A program made the position numbers and the translations under genes. Positions 11,463 to 21,721 of a DNA stretch of 64,000 bases are shown here, piece by piece. The DNA is from a virus (taxonomy: Duplodnaviria; Caudoviricetes). The stretch is taken from positions 32,001 to 96,000 of IMG/VR virus record IMGVR_UViG_3300013426_000018, one strand, 5' to 3'. A model generated the notes under the pieces. The model was not told the origin of the DNA, did no database searches, and saw nothing but the letters and a program-made list of their open reading frames with translations. How positions within the stretch are numbered: the first letter of the stretch is position 1; each line of letters opens with the position of its first letter.

Positions 11463-11759
11463 ATGATTGATAATTTGAGTACTGTTATGGGAAGCTTATC
11501 CGGCCTGAATCTTGAAGAGCTTAACAAGGTTATTGAAGCCGCCCAGAAGCAAAAAGAAAAAGCAAAAATAGACCAAAAATGTGCGGCCGCTGCCAATTTG
11601 ATAGAAGCTTTTAATGCTTATAAGAAAGCTACCGGAGAAAATGAAATCATTCTTCAAGATTTCTATGATTGCGATTTTAATGGTAATGATCTTTGTGTTA
11701 GAATTGATGATCTTTACCTTGATAGTTATGGAAATATTTGTCAAAAAGTTCTCTATTAA
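11463..11759 (+). CDS. Early hypothetical protein
   Basis: AAGGAG RBS before ATG 11463. Confidence 0.75.
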   Translation: MIDNLSTVMGSLSGLNLEELNKVIEAAQKQKEKAKIDQKCAAAANLIEAFNAYKKATGENEIILQDFYDCDFNGNDLCVRIDDLYLDSYGNICQKVLY

Positions 11760-12432
11760 AATCTTTTTTTTGGTAAAATAATTTGTTTGGGGGAGAACTT
11801 ACAAGATAATTTTACCAAAAATTTTTAATAAAGTCAAATTCAGGGACGGTTTTCGCCCCTGATAAACAAAAGGAAGTGTTTCAAATGAAAAAGAAGAAAT
11901 CTCGTGAAATTTGGAAAAAGACGGGGGAAGAGTTACAGGACTATCTTTTGTTCCGCAAACGTGGCTCTCAGCTTACGAATCGCAAAACGTATAACAGACA
12001 GAGGGCTAAAAAAGAAGAAAAAGAATAATTTCATTTCATATTTGGGTAGCTCCACTTGAGCTGCCCAATGACGTACGTATTGGGCAGAGTTTAAAATACC
12101 CCTAGGGTTCACCATTTTTCAATTGGCAAAATACACAAATATAACGCCCATATTTATCCCAAAATTATGATATTCGCTGGCTTGACATAATAAAAAATTT
12201 GTGGTATAATTTAATTACAAAATAAAGGAGGAACACCTCATGAAAAGATACTTCCGCAGAGTTAGACGTAATATTTGTCGGTGGATTGTTGGTTTTGACA
12301 ATTGCCCTTCCTGTTATCGCTCTAACCCTTGGCGTAGAATTATCTCTGGTATTACTTGTATGGGTATTACTTTTGGGGTTTTGGGTTTCTTCTTTGTTCT
12401 TGTTATTGTTTGTTCGTAAGGAGTTGTTCAAC

Positions 12433-12870
12433 ATGAGTAAAGTAAAATTTAAGAAGCCAAAAGACAAAAAGAAGTGTACCCACGGGTTTGGCCATATCCG
12501 CACAAAGAATTACGACTGTTTCTTTTTGTTTTTCCCTTTGATTCCTATTGCGTTGCTTCTGGATTGGCTCAATAATAAATATTGGAAAAGCCTTAAATGG
12601 AGCGACTGCACAGCGGAAAAAGTTCTTAATCATTATTTGCCTAAAATGGTAGAATATGATAAAGAAATGGATGGCTTTTTTATTAGGGCTGGTTGGGAAA
12701 AATATCGTTGTGTTCCTTTAGGATATCGCAAATGGTATCAAAAATTTAACACAGAACTTGTTGATTATTTAATAAAAGACTATTGTCCGGATGGGTATAT
12801 AAAAACCTTTGAAAATCTCGATGGATGGAATCCAACACTTTTTTTCAAAGAAATTAAAAAAAGTTCTTGA
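12433..12870 (+). CDS. Early hypothetical protein with one TM segment
   Basis: AAGGAG RBS before ATG 12433; hydrophobic stretch FFLFFPLIPIALLL. Confidence 0.7.
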   Translation: MSKVKFKKPKDKKKCTHGFGHIRTKNYDCFFLFFPLIPIALLLDWLNNKYWKSLKWSDCTAEKVLNHYLPKMVEYDKEMDGFFIRAGWEKYRCVPLGYRKWYQKFNTELVDYLIKDYCPDGYIKTFENLDGWNPTLFFKEIKKSS

Positions 12871-12951
12871 CAAACCGCCAAAAGTATGATACAATAAAAG
12901 CACAAAAAGGGGAGGGAAAACCTCCCCGGATATCAAAAGGAGTTGATATCA

Positions 12952-13422
12952 ATGATTAAGGAAATCGTATTTGATATGGATGGAAGTTTGAATTTGTTCT
13001 ATGATGTCCCTGGGTGGTTAGAAATGCTTAGAGCATACGACCCCACCCCCTATGAAGTGGCCGAACCTATGTGGGACATGGCTGTCCTTGCGGACGTCCT
13101 CAGAAAACTTCAGAGTCTTGGCATAGTCATTACAGTTGTGACTTGGCTTTCTAAAGGAAGCACTATAGAGTATGACAAAGCCGTACGAGCGGCAAAAAAG
13201 GAATGGCTGGAACGCTATGACTTCCCCTATGATCATTTTCATGGTGTCAAGTATGGAGCAACAAAGGCCGATAGCGTGCGGCGATACCTCAGTCCCGACG
13301 ATGAAGCCATTCTCTTTGATGATAACGCAAAAGTGCGTAAAGGTTGGCATCTTGGCGCAACATATGACCCTGTAAAGGAAAATATCATTGAGATTTTGAA
13401 AGAGCTGGCAAGGGGCATTTAA
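12952..13422 (+). CDS. HAD-superfamily phosphatase (5'-nucleotidase-like)
   Basis: Motif I VFDMDGS, motif II T, conserved K, motif IV ILFDDN. Confidence 0.85.
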   Translation: MIKEIVFDMDGSLNLFYDVPGWLEMLRAYDPTPYEVAEPMWDMAVLADVLRKLQSLGIVITVVTWLSKGSTIEYDKAVRAAKKEWLERYDFPYDHFHGVKYGATKADSVRRYLSPDDEAILFDDNAKVRKGWHLGATYDPVKENIIEILKELARGI

Positions 13423-13707
13423 TGTCTGCCGACAACTTTGAAGCTCCACAGATCATTTCTTACGATAATGAAGGCAACGCCATTGCTGACACTGTTTTTA
13501 GTCGCTGGATGAACTATTTAAAGGAGAGGGCATAAGCCCTCCCCTTTTGAGCTTGCCGATGTGGAACGTATCGGCAAGAATTTCCATTATATCACCTCCC
13601 CACTAAAAAATCAATGGGCAAAGTCAATAAAAATCTTTTTCACAATTTTCCCGAATTTGGTTATTCTACCAATAGACAAATAAGAAGCCTTATGGTATAA
13701 TACATAA

Positions 13708-13811
13708 TGTCAAGAGGGAAAGACAACTGAGGTAAACCACAGCAAGCTAGTGGGAAGGGTTCAAATCCCGATTGAGGGCGCTCAAAAAAAAGTTGAAATT
13801 CCCTCTTGACA
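13708..13811 (+). ncRNA. Putative structured early RNA with a T-loop
   Basis: Starts just after TGGTATAAT. Closing stem TGTCAAGAGGGAA/TTCCCTCTTGACA, inner CAACT/AGTTG and TGAG/CTCA, and a GGG-TTCAAAT-CCC T-loop hairpin; no convincing ORF. Confidence 0.45.
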
Positions 13812-13909
13812 AAATAAAAAACCTGTGATATAATAAAGTCAAGAAATGAGGGAACGAACCCCGCAAGGGATTCGCAAGCCCCATTTAATATGAAAAGGAG
13901 ATTTTGACT

Positions 13910-14407
13910 ATGGAAATGTACACTGCCGCTTACAATGCTCTTAAGGAAAGCAACCCCGACTGCGAACTTCTGAAAGCTATGGAAGAAGAATGGGAACTTC
14001 AGTTGGCACTGGATAAAGCCATGAAGGCAGTTGCGTAGGCTAAGAAAAACACCCAGAAGGCAGAAGCAAACCATTATAAGGCCTGTTTCGATGCCGCGCG
14101 TGCGGAATTCGGCAACAGAACTTTCACTGCCGCAGAGCTGGAAGAGTTGGTAAACCATCGTATCAATAAGAACAGCGTGGCTTCTATGATTGCCTATGCT
14201 AAGACCCCTGAGCAGGTCAAGGTGTGGAGCAATAGAGAGAATCGTCGCACAGAAAAGCTTCTCCCCTCTGACATTAGAGATACTGGCAACTACAAGTATA
14301 CAGAAAGACATTTCCTACCTTGCGATGCTTCTGGTAAGCCCATTGAAGGAGCTGCCCCCATCACTATGCGGTCTAAGGGTGCTAAGCTGTATAAGTTTGG
14401 GGATTGA
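13910..14407 (+). CDS. Early protein, 165 aa, with one in-frame TAG (14036-14038)
   Basis: AAGGAG RBS plus ATG 13910 is in frame with track ORF 14147..14407; codon style is continuous across the TAG. Confidence 0.75.
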
Positions 14408-14612
14408 GCGGGGGTTTTACCCCCGCTTCAAGGAGATAAAAAAACATGACTGAATTGACTATTTACATGGGCAATTCTGGATGAAGATTTTCAGAAGCTT
14501 CTTTCTCTGAAAAATAAATTTGAAAAAGCCCTTGACAAACGTTCCCAGATGTGATATAATAAGATTACAAAAAGAGAAGGAAACTCTTAAAAACCAGAAA
14601 GGAATTGATACT

Positions 14613-15011
14613 ATGACGAATTTCGAAAAGTTTACTTCCCTGGCTGAGTATTTCCGCACTGGCGTTCTGAATGGCGAGGACGAGGTTGTCCCTGGTTTCA
14701 CCTATGAGGAAGCCGCTCAACTGATGCAGAAGAATGCCGAAGCTCTGGCGAAGAAGGCTGGCAAGACCAGTGCTAAGAGTGAAGAGAAGAGAGAAGAGAA
14801 TGCGGCTCTGGCTGATGCCATCTTCTATCGTATGACCGCCGAGCCTAGCCGCAAGTTCACCCTGGACGAGATGGTAAAGGAGTTCCCCGAGTGCGCCAAC
14901 CTGACCACCGCAAAGGTGAGAGTTGCCATGAAGGGTCTGCTGGACAAGGACGCAGTTAAGACCGAGAAGGTCAAGGGGAAGGCCGTATTCTTTGTGAAGG
15001 TGGAGGCATAA
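14613..15011 (+). CDS. Small winged-helix DNA-binding protein (paralog family)
   Basis: Lys-rich helix, then FTLDEMVKEF..LTTAKVRVAMKGLLDKDAVKTEKVKGKAVF; similar to 15609 and 36744. Confidence 0.75.
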   Translation: MTNFEKFTSLAEYFRTGVLNGEDEVVPGFTYEEAAQLMQKNAEALAKKAGKTSAKSEEKREENAALADAIFYRMTAEPSRKFTLDEMVKEFPECANLTTAKVRVAMKGLLDKDAVKTEKVKGKAVFFVKVEA

Positions 15012-15608
15012 AGCCTCCCCTTTCCCTGGAAAGGAACGATTGCCTATGATTGCGTAAATGTGACTATATAATTACTAAATAAATTCTAACATTGATGGAC
15101 TTGCTATGGAGGGTTGAATAGTATGCACTGGCGATAGCTAATATACAATAGATTTGAATAAATATACCCCCGGTTTTTCACCGGGGGATTTTTTTTCAGC
15201 TGCTCAACTCCGAGCGAATTGAGCAGAATTTCAATTATACCACACCCCTACCAATTTGTCAATAGGTAATTTGCACAAAAATTTTTACCCCTATTTTCCC
15301 GAAATGTGCGGCCAAGGCTCCCCCGCCTATTATACCACACTTTTGACCACTTGTCAATATCAAAAATAAACGAATTTAGTTCCTTTCTTTTGTGCAATAT
15401 TCCATCTTGTAAATCAGAAAAAAATATAGTATAATACAGGTGTTCCTTGAGAAAGGACGCTCCAAAAGCCACTTGAAAAAATTCAAAAACTTCTAAAAAA
15501 GTTCTTGACAAACAAAACAAGATGTGCTATAATAAGGGTGTTCCAAAGGAAGGAACAAAAAAAATTATTGACAAGGACAGTCGTTAAAACCAGAAGGGAA
15601 TTGATACT

Positions 15609-15986
15609 ATGGCTACTACTAACACTAAGAAGATTACTTCCGTTTCCGCTCTGACTTCTGCTATTGAGGCTCTGACTGGCACTACTTTCCCTGCTGAGAA
15701 GCTGGAAAAGCTGGAAAGCATCAAAGCTGCTTATGAGAAGAAGACTGAGAATGCCAAGAGTAAGTCTTCCGCTAAGAGTGCGGAGAACACTATTATGGGT
15801 GAGAAGATTGTCGCTGAGATGGAGCAGGGCACTAATTACACTCTGTCCGATATTGCGAAGTTCGATTGCCTGTCCGACATGGAGCTGACTACTGCCAAGG
15901 TGCGTGCTCTGATTGAAGCCCCTGTGAATGCTGGTACCCTGGAAAAGGGGTCTATTAAGGGTCGTATGTACTACTGGCTGGCTTAA
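15609..15986 (+). CDS. Small winged-helix DNA-binding protein (paralog family)
   Basis: SAKSAENT..YTLSDIA..LTTAKVRALI..GTLEKGSIKGRMYY; shares LTTAKVR with 14613. Confidence 0.75.
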   Translation: MATTNTKKITSVSALTSAIEALTGTTFPAEKLEKLESIKAAYEKKTENAKSKSSAKSAENTIMGEKIVAEMEQGTNYTLSDIAKFDCLSDMELTTAKVRALIEAPVNAGTLEKGSIKGRMYYWLA

Positions 15987-16047
15987 GAAAAGGGGCTTTG
16001 CCCCTTTTCCCCATAGGGAAACGTCCCAGAAAGTAGGTGAATGAAAA

Positions 16048-16434
16048 TTGACCAAAAGCCAAGAAGCCCAGATTGAAGCGTGTCGCAAACTAGGCATGAC
16101 TGATGAAGAGATTCAGGGAATGCTTAACGATGATAAAGAAATTGACCGTTCTGGCATGAATACCAAGGTTTTCGATTGGGAACTTGACCCAGAAGCTCAT
16201 AAGAAAGCCGTTAAATATGCCAATAGTGACGAGAAGAAGAATAAGGGCGAAAAGAAAAAGCCCACACGCAAAGCGGATAACGTTAAGCGTGAAATTATTC
16301 AGCTTCTTTTTGATTGTATTGATGTAAACTATCCAGGGGCTATTATTGAGAATCCTGAGAAGTATGTCAAATTCACTATTGGGGAAGATGAATATACCAT
16401 TTCTCTGATTAAGCATCGCAAGCCAAAAGAGTAA
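16048..16434 (+). CDS. Hypothetical phage protein
   Basis: AGGTG RBS with TTG start, co-oriented. Confidence 0.75.
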   Translation: MTKSQEAQIEACRKLGMTDEEIQGMLNDDKEIDRSGMNTKVFDWELDPEAHKKAVKYANSDEKKNKGEKKKPTRKADNVKREIIQLLFDCIDVNYPGAIIENPEKYVKFTIGEDEYTISLIKHRKPKE

Positions 16435-16537
16435 AGGAAAGTGATACTATGAATAAGGTGTAGGGGAACTAAGATTCCCCGCTTCAATAGAGAAAAGATG
16501 TTACCCTCTATTGAGATTTGAAAAGGATTGATATTAT

Positions 16538-17392
16538 ATGAATAAGTTTGACCGCCGTAGAAAGTACTGGCTGATTTTGGATTGCGAAACCGCAACTTTG
16601 CCTGAAGCATCTAAGTATGACGCAGACCCCGCTATGAAGCAGAAAGTAGCTATTGCGAAGCCCCTTATCTATGATTTGGGGTGGACAGTAGTGGACGCTC
16701 AAGGCCGCATTTACGCAAGACAGAATTTTCTCATTGCGGAAATTTTTTCTAATCCGGTAGTATTCAATACTGCCTATTACAAGGATAAGCGCCCCGGTTA
16801 TATTGAGAAAATCGCAATGGGTGAGGTTCGTGTTGTAATGTGGGAAGAAGCTATTGGGGAACTCTTAAATGATATGTCCCAGTGTGAAGGCGTGGGGGCT
16901 TATAATTCTATGTTTGACTTCAAGAAGGCACTTCCCTTTACTGATTTGTACCTTTCTAAGGTCTATGCACCTGATTTTGCGGAATGGATGGAATATCAAA
17001 ATAAAATTATTTCTGAAATTGCCCGGGGTAAGAGAGGACAAAACGAAAAAGAATTTGAAAGTGATGTTTTCCGATTCCGTGGGCAGGTTTTTCCCCTTTT
17101 TGATGTTTGGGGACTTGCTTGTAAGCACATTTTGAACTGTGACGAATACAAGAACATGTGTTCGGACAATGGATGGTTGACTGCATCGGGCAGATACTAT
17201 AAAACGAGTGCAGAAACTGCATTTCGGTTCGTTGCTGGTGATGATTCTTTCATCGAAGCACATACTGCACTTGAGGACGCCCTTATTGAATCCCTTTTGT
17301 TCGCTGAGTGCATGAAGCGAACCAAAAAGAAAATCGAGATGGGAATTATTTATTTCCCGTTCAAGATGTTGGGCGAAATAGGGGCGGAATAA
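16538..17392 (+). CDS. DEDDh 3'-5' exonuclease
   Basis: ExoI LDCET, ExoII AYNSMFD, ExoIII HTALED. Confidence 0.88.
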   Translation: MNKFDRRRKYWLILDCETATLPEASKYDADPAMKQKVAIAKPLIYDLGWTVVDAQGRIYARQNFLIAEIFSNPVVFNTAYYKDKRPGYIEKIAMGEVRVVMWEEAIGELLNDMSQCEGVGAYNSMFDFKKALPFTDLYLSKVYAPDFAEWMEYQNKIISEIARGKRGQNEKEFESDVFRFRGQVFPLFDVWGLACKHILNCDEYKNMCSDNGWLTASGRYYKTSAETAFRFVAGDDSFIEAHTALEDALIESLLFAECMKRTKKKIEMGIIYFPFKMLGEIGAE

Positions 17393-17617
17393 TCCGCCCC
17401 CAAGCCAAAAGGAGAAGATAAAAATTGTTCTACCTCTTGGCAAATAGTTTTGCTTATACTATAATAGACCTACCAATAAAGAAGAGCAAGACCCCACTTG
17501 GACAAGGGGTTGTAAAATATGGGATGATGTTTTGAATTATTTGATGAGCCAAGGTGGAGATATAGACGTAGCATGGATTGAGCCGATTAAGTTTGAGGAT
17601 GAGGAGAAAGAAGAAAA

Positions 17618-17836
17618 ATGCTAATTGAAAGACGGTCGCCTATTAATTTGGTGCCTTTTGAGGATGTTTTCCCCGGCGTAGTATTTAAGGATGAAGATGG
17701 CACTATTTGTATGAAAGTAGAAAGAAAGCAAAACAATTTTTTCTATAATGCAGTTAACCTTGAGACAGGAAATCTTTACTCATATGACGATAGTTGTATA
17801 GTTGAGATTCTTGAGGACGCAATTTTAACATATTAA
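17618..17836 (+). CDS. Small beta-rich protein (paralog of 39277 and 39497)
   Basis: Shared pattern F.D[VI]..G..F......K...N[AS][VI]....G. Confidence 0.7.
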   Translation: MLIERRSPINLVPFEDVFPGVVFKDEDGTICMKVERKQNNFFYNAVNLETGNLYSYDDSCIVEILEDAILTY

Positions 17837-18353
17837 AGGGAAGCGTAAGCTTCCCTTTTTTGTTATACAAGTTTTGAGCGGAGCGATTTTGATCAAATCG
17901 CTCCGAATTTTGAATTTGTCAAGTATTTAGAAAAAATTTTACAATTATCTGTCTTTCGCCTGCGGGCGTCTGTTTTCCCATAATAGACATTTGAGCGGTT
18001 CGACGCCGGAGGTGTTGAGCCGAATTTCCCCAATAAACCTCCATATGGGATTTTTTTGCTCAATCCAGCGACTTTTACCTTTCCCCTATTTCTCCCATAA
18101 ATACCCCATATGGCTTCGCTCGATTCAATCTAGGAACTTTTATCTTTCTATTTTCCCCATTTTTCTTGCCTAGCCTTTGCTCCGCTGTAGCTAACAAAAA
18201 TTTTAGCTACGGTTACTTCCCTTCCAAGTATTCGCAAATCCAATAGAGTAACAAAAAAAACAATACTACAGCTTCTCTAGCTCATTAAATTTTAGTCGGG
18301 GACAGATAAAATCCGACCAAGAGAGAAAGATAATAAAAACGGGCGGCCCCGCC

Positions 18354-18546
18354 TTGATTTTATTAAAAAAATATGATATAATAGGCTTTGCCCCACTTTT
18401 TCTACTTGATTTTTAATTAAATTTATGGTATAATATTAAAAAAAGGAACTTTTTAGTTGATTTTATTAAAAAATTATGGTATAATATTAAAAAAAGATAA
18501 TTTTTATTGTGTTTTTATTGATTTTACGCAAAAATTTTAGTATAAT
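18354..18546 (+). promoter_or_regulatory. Four tandem sigma-A-like promoters upstream of the initiator operon
   Basis: TTGATT-N17-TATAAT repeated at about 18354, 18406, 18457 and 18518. Confidence 0.7.
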
Positions 18547-18575
18547 ATAATAAATAATAGGCAAAGGAGACACTT

Positions 18576-18755
18576 ATGGAACAAAAAATTATATATGCTA
18601 AGTGGCTAGCCATTGCTTTGCGGGAAAAAGGACATCAAATTATTAAAACCGAAGTTAACCCAATGAAGCCTCAGTTTAATATTTGGTACTTTAATTATAC
18701 TCCAAAGCTTGATAAAGACATTGGAGAACTTACCTCTGCTAAAAAACTAAGATAA
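18576..18755 (+). CDS. Small DUF5659-like protein
   Basis: MEQKIIYAKWLAIALREKGHQII..NPMKPQFNIWYF..T; AAGGAG RBS. Family assignment is from memory. Confidence 0.6.
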   Translation: MEQKIIYAKWLAIALREKGHQIIKTEVNPMKPQFNIWYFNYTPKLDKDIGELTSAKKLR

Positions 18756-18771
18756 AGAGGTACAAGCAAAT

Positions 18772-19464
18772 ATGGCTAATTTATTTTTAAAAGTAGATAA
18801 ACGATTTTATTTTTTAGGCGTTGACCCATTGGGAATTCTTATTTTAAGTTAGATAAACGAATATACAAGTAAAGGTATGACCTGTTTTATTAGTAATGAA
18901 TAGTTAGCTAAACAATTTGGCTCAAGTTTAAGTACAGTAAAAAGAACTATTACTAATTTAGAAAAAATGGGATATCTTAATAGAGATACTAAAAATACTA
19001 ATCAAGGTAAAGAACGTTTTTTAACTATTAATGAAGAAATAATAGAAAGTACTTATGCCAAGGCTCAATCTGAGCTTTGCCAATCCGCAAGGCTCACCGA
19101 GAACCTTGCGCAAGGTTCAATTTGCCCCTTGGGCAAGGGTCAGAATGGACCTATAAAAGATAAGAATGAGGAGCAAGCTCCTCTGGAAGAAGATAAAAAT
19201 AAAAAAGATAAATTAGGGGCTACGACTTCAAAAATTTCCTATGAGGTTACTCAAGCTCCTAAGTAGTCTTAAATTCTTTCTGAAATTCAGAAGAACTCTA
19301 AAAACCAAAAGGAAAAAGAAAGGAACAAGATAGATATCAATAGACTTCCATTAATAGACAAAGAAGAAGTAGATAAAAACCCAAATAGATATGTCCAACA
19401 AGATAATTCAATTGTAGTTGACTTTTATACTTCAAAGAGTTATAGAATAAAAGAAAAAGAATAA
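18772..19464 (+). CDS. Phage replication initiator-like protein (N-terminal winged HTH, lambda O / replisome-organiser architecture), TAG=Gln
   Basis: CFISNE(Q)LAKQFGSSLSTVKRTITNLEKMGYL HTH, an internal quasi-palindromic repeat cluster and a following A-rich tract. Confidence 0.75.
19059..19152. repeat. Four quasi-palindromic iteron-like units inside the initiator gene
   Basis: CAAGG(C/T/G)TCA at 19059, 19088, 19111 and 19134 (spacing 29, 23, 23), each followed by a complementary half-site, e.g. CAAGGCTCA-atc-TGAGCTTTG. Confidence 0.7.
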
Positions 19465-19760
19465 AAAAATTAAGGGATAAGCTATGCTTATCCCTTTCCT
19501 TTTGGAAAATTTCAGTTGAAAATTTCAGATGTTCCTTGCCCTTCGGGCAAATTTGGTTTCATTTTTTAAAATGTCCCCTTACTTGTTTTTATTTAAAATT
19601 TTTAGTATAATATAATGGGATATATTATTATATAATAAAAAATGTTAAAAAATTTTGTTAAAAAAGGTTATACCGGAACGAAAAAGTAAGCGTGAATTTG
19701 GACAAAATGTGAAAATAATATCCAAGGTATTTTTATATTACTATGGAAGGAGGCATATTA

Positions 19761-20399
19761 ATGTCTAAAAAATACGAAAAAAGTTTTCCCGCAGACACTT
19801 CTTTAAATAAAGATGCTGAAGGGAATTTAATAAAAACATTCTTAAACGATCCTAAAGCCGATGCAGAACTCTATGCTTATTTATTATCAATGTCAAAAGG
19901 TGATAAAGAAAAAAAAGAAACAATAGTTTATAAAAATACTTTACCCTCTTAGTCATTCATAGCAACAGAAATTCTTCATTATAAAAGTCGTCGAACAGTT
20001 ATTAACCATTTAAATTATCTTAAAGAGCAGAAATATGTTATAGACGAAGGTGAATATTATATTTTACCCAATAAAGAAAAAATGTATTTTAAAATTCCTC
20101 AAGATTTATTAACTTTTTTCTTAACTACAGTAAAAGAGCCTGTTATTAAAACTTATATCTATTTGGGGTAGAGAAATAACTATAAACCTAATCAGTATGT
20201 TTTTACATTAAAAGAAATATGCGAACATTTAGGTTTATGTTACTCAAAAAACAGTGAAACTATTAAAGATTATCTTTTTATTTTAGAACAGTTAAAACTT
20301 ATTAAAGTTGTTAAATTTTATGAAGGAAATATTCCTAAAATGCGATTAATTCATTTTACTACTGAAATATCAAAAAGAGAAAAATATTTGATTGATTAA
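19761..20399 (+). CDS. Tandem winged-helix protein A (Rep-initiator-like), 212 aa, TAG=Gln
   Basis: Two HTH-like motifs (PS(Q)SFIATEIL..SRRTVINHLNYLKE; FTLKEICEHLG..TIKDYLFILEQLKLI); close paralog of 21002. Confidence 0.8.
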
Positions 20400-20402
20400 C
20401 CA

Positions 20403-20489
20403 TGTGAAAAAATAGTTAATTAGTGTGTGAAAAAATAGTTAATTAGTGTGTGAAAAAATAGTTAATTAGTGTGTGAAAAAATAGTTAAT
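20403..20489 (+). repeat. 23-bp tandem repeat, about 3.8 copies (iteron-like)
   Basis: TGTGAAAAAATAGTTAATTAGTG perfect copies at 20403, 20426, 20449 and partial at 20472, followed by AT-rich AATAATACTAAATAA repeats and a hairpin. Confidence 0.95.
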
Positions 20490-21001
20490 AATTCTAAATA
20501 ATACTAAATAAACTTAATAATACTAAATAAGCGGTTATTTAATCAAATCGCTTCGCTCATTGATTAAATAACCTTAAGGGACTCGCACATCAAATTTCAG
20601 TTGAAAATTTCAAACATTCCTTGCCCTTCGGGCAATTTTTATTACTTTAATAGAAATCTCCCTTTTTTACTAATACCAAGAAAGAGCCTTGATTTCAGTA
20701 ATTTTGGGAGGTTTCTATTACTTTAAAAGATTCCATTAAAGAACCTTCCAATAGATAATAAAAAATAAGAAGACATAATAAAACAAGTACTGTCCAAGAG
20801 AGAAAAAATGTATTATATGTGGAGCAAAGCTCCATCAAGGGAGGCCCTCCCTTATTATATCATAATTTTTTATTAAAAGCAAATTTGTTAAAAATATTTG
20901 TTAAAAAAGTAAGTATGAGTATGTTAAAAAATCATAACAGCTTTGGGCAAACTTTTTCCAATTACCTTTTTCATTTTTCATAATCTTTGAAAGGAGGCTA
21001 T

Positions 21002-21619
21002 ATGTGCCTAAAAAATACGAAAAAAAATTTTCCCGCAGATACTTCAATGAAAAAAGATGAAGAAGGAAGACTTATTAAAACATTTTTAAATGATCCCAAA
21101 GCTGATGCTGAACTTTACACCTATCTTTTATCAATGTCGATAGGAGAGGAAGGAGAAACTCGAGTTTATAAAAATGCCCTTCCCAATTAGGAAACTATTG
21201 CTACTAAAATTTTACGGTATAAAACTCGTAGAACTGTTTATAATCATTTAAAGTATTTAGAAGATTAGGAATATGTTCAAGACAAAGGTAAATATTATTT
21301 ATTACCCAACAAAGAAAAAATGTACTTTAGAGTACCACAAGATTTACTCTCTTTCTTTATTGATACTGTTAAAGAACCAGTTATTAAGACTTATATTTAT
21401 TTAGGACAAAGAAATAACTATAAACCCAACTAGTATGTTTTTACTATTAAAGAAATATGTGAACATTTGGGAATTAGTTACACTAATAATTCTTCTTCTG
21501 TTAGAAATTACTTAACTGCTTTGGAAAAATTTGAATTAATAAAAACAGTAGAGTTTTATGAAAATGAAACGCCAAAAATTCGTTTAATAGGATTCTCTAC
21601 TAATAGCCCTAAGAAATGA
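21002..21619 (+). CDS. Tandem winged-helix protein B (paralog of 19761), TAG=Gln
   Basis: Colinear with protein A (FPADTS..LIKTFLNDPKADAELY..VKEPVIKTYIYLGQRNNYKPNQYVFT). The recognition-helix segments differ. Confidence 0.8.
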
Positions 21620-21634
21620 GAATTTGATTCACGC

Positions 21635-21721
21635 TGGGAAAAAAATACTGAAAGGTTTGGGAAAAAAATACTGAAAGGTTTGGGAAAAAAATACTGAAAG
21701 GTTTGGGAAAAAAATACTGAA
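21635..21721 (+). repeat. 23-bp tandem repeat, about 3.8 copies (iteron-like)
   Basis: TGGGAAAAAAATACTGAAAGGTT at 21635, 21658, 21681 and partial at 21704. Confidence 0.95.

Larger units (their letters stand above)
7096..17860 (+). other. Early / host-takeover region: many short transcription units with near-consensus sigma-A promoters, small genes and terminators
   Basis: TTGACA-N17-TATAAT/TATACT at about 7096, 7219, 7795, 8408, 10494, 10983, 12182, 12867, 13806, 14532, 15505; GC-richer codon use; in-frame TAG nearly absent. Confidence 0.75.

Noticed and set aside
13661-17443. Long minus-strand ORFs (13661..14311, 15483..16097, 16865..17443)
   Set aside because: Antisense shadows of well-supported plus-strand genes, with no RBS or recognisable motifs.
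20403-21721. 23-bp repeats as CRISPR arrays
   Set aside because: Units are head-to-tail with no spacers, and no cas genes are present.
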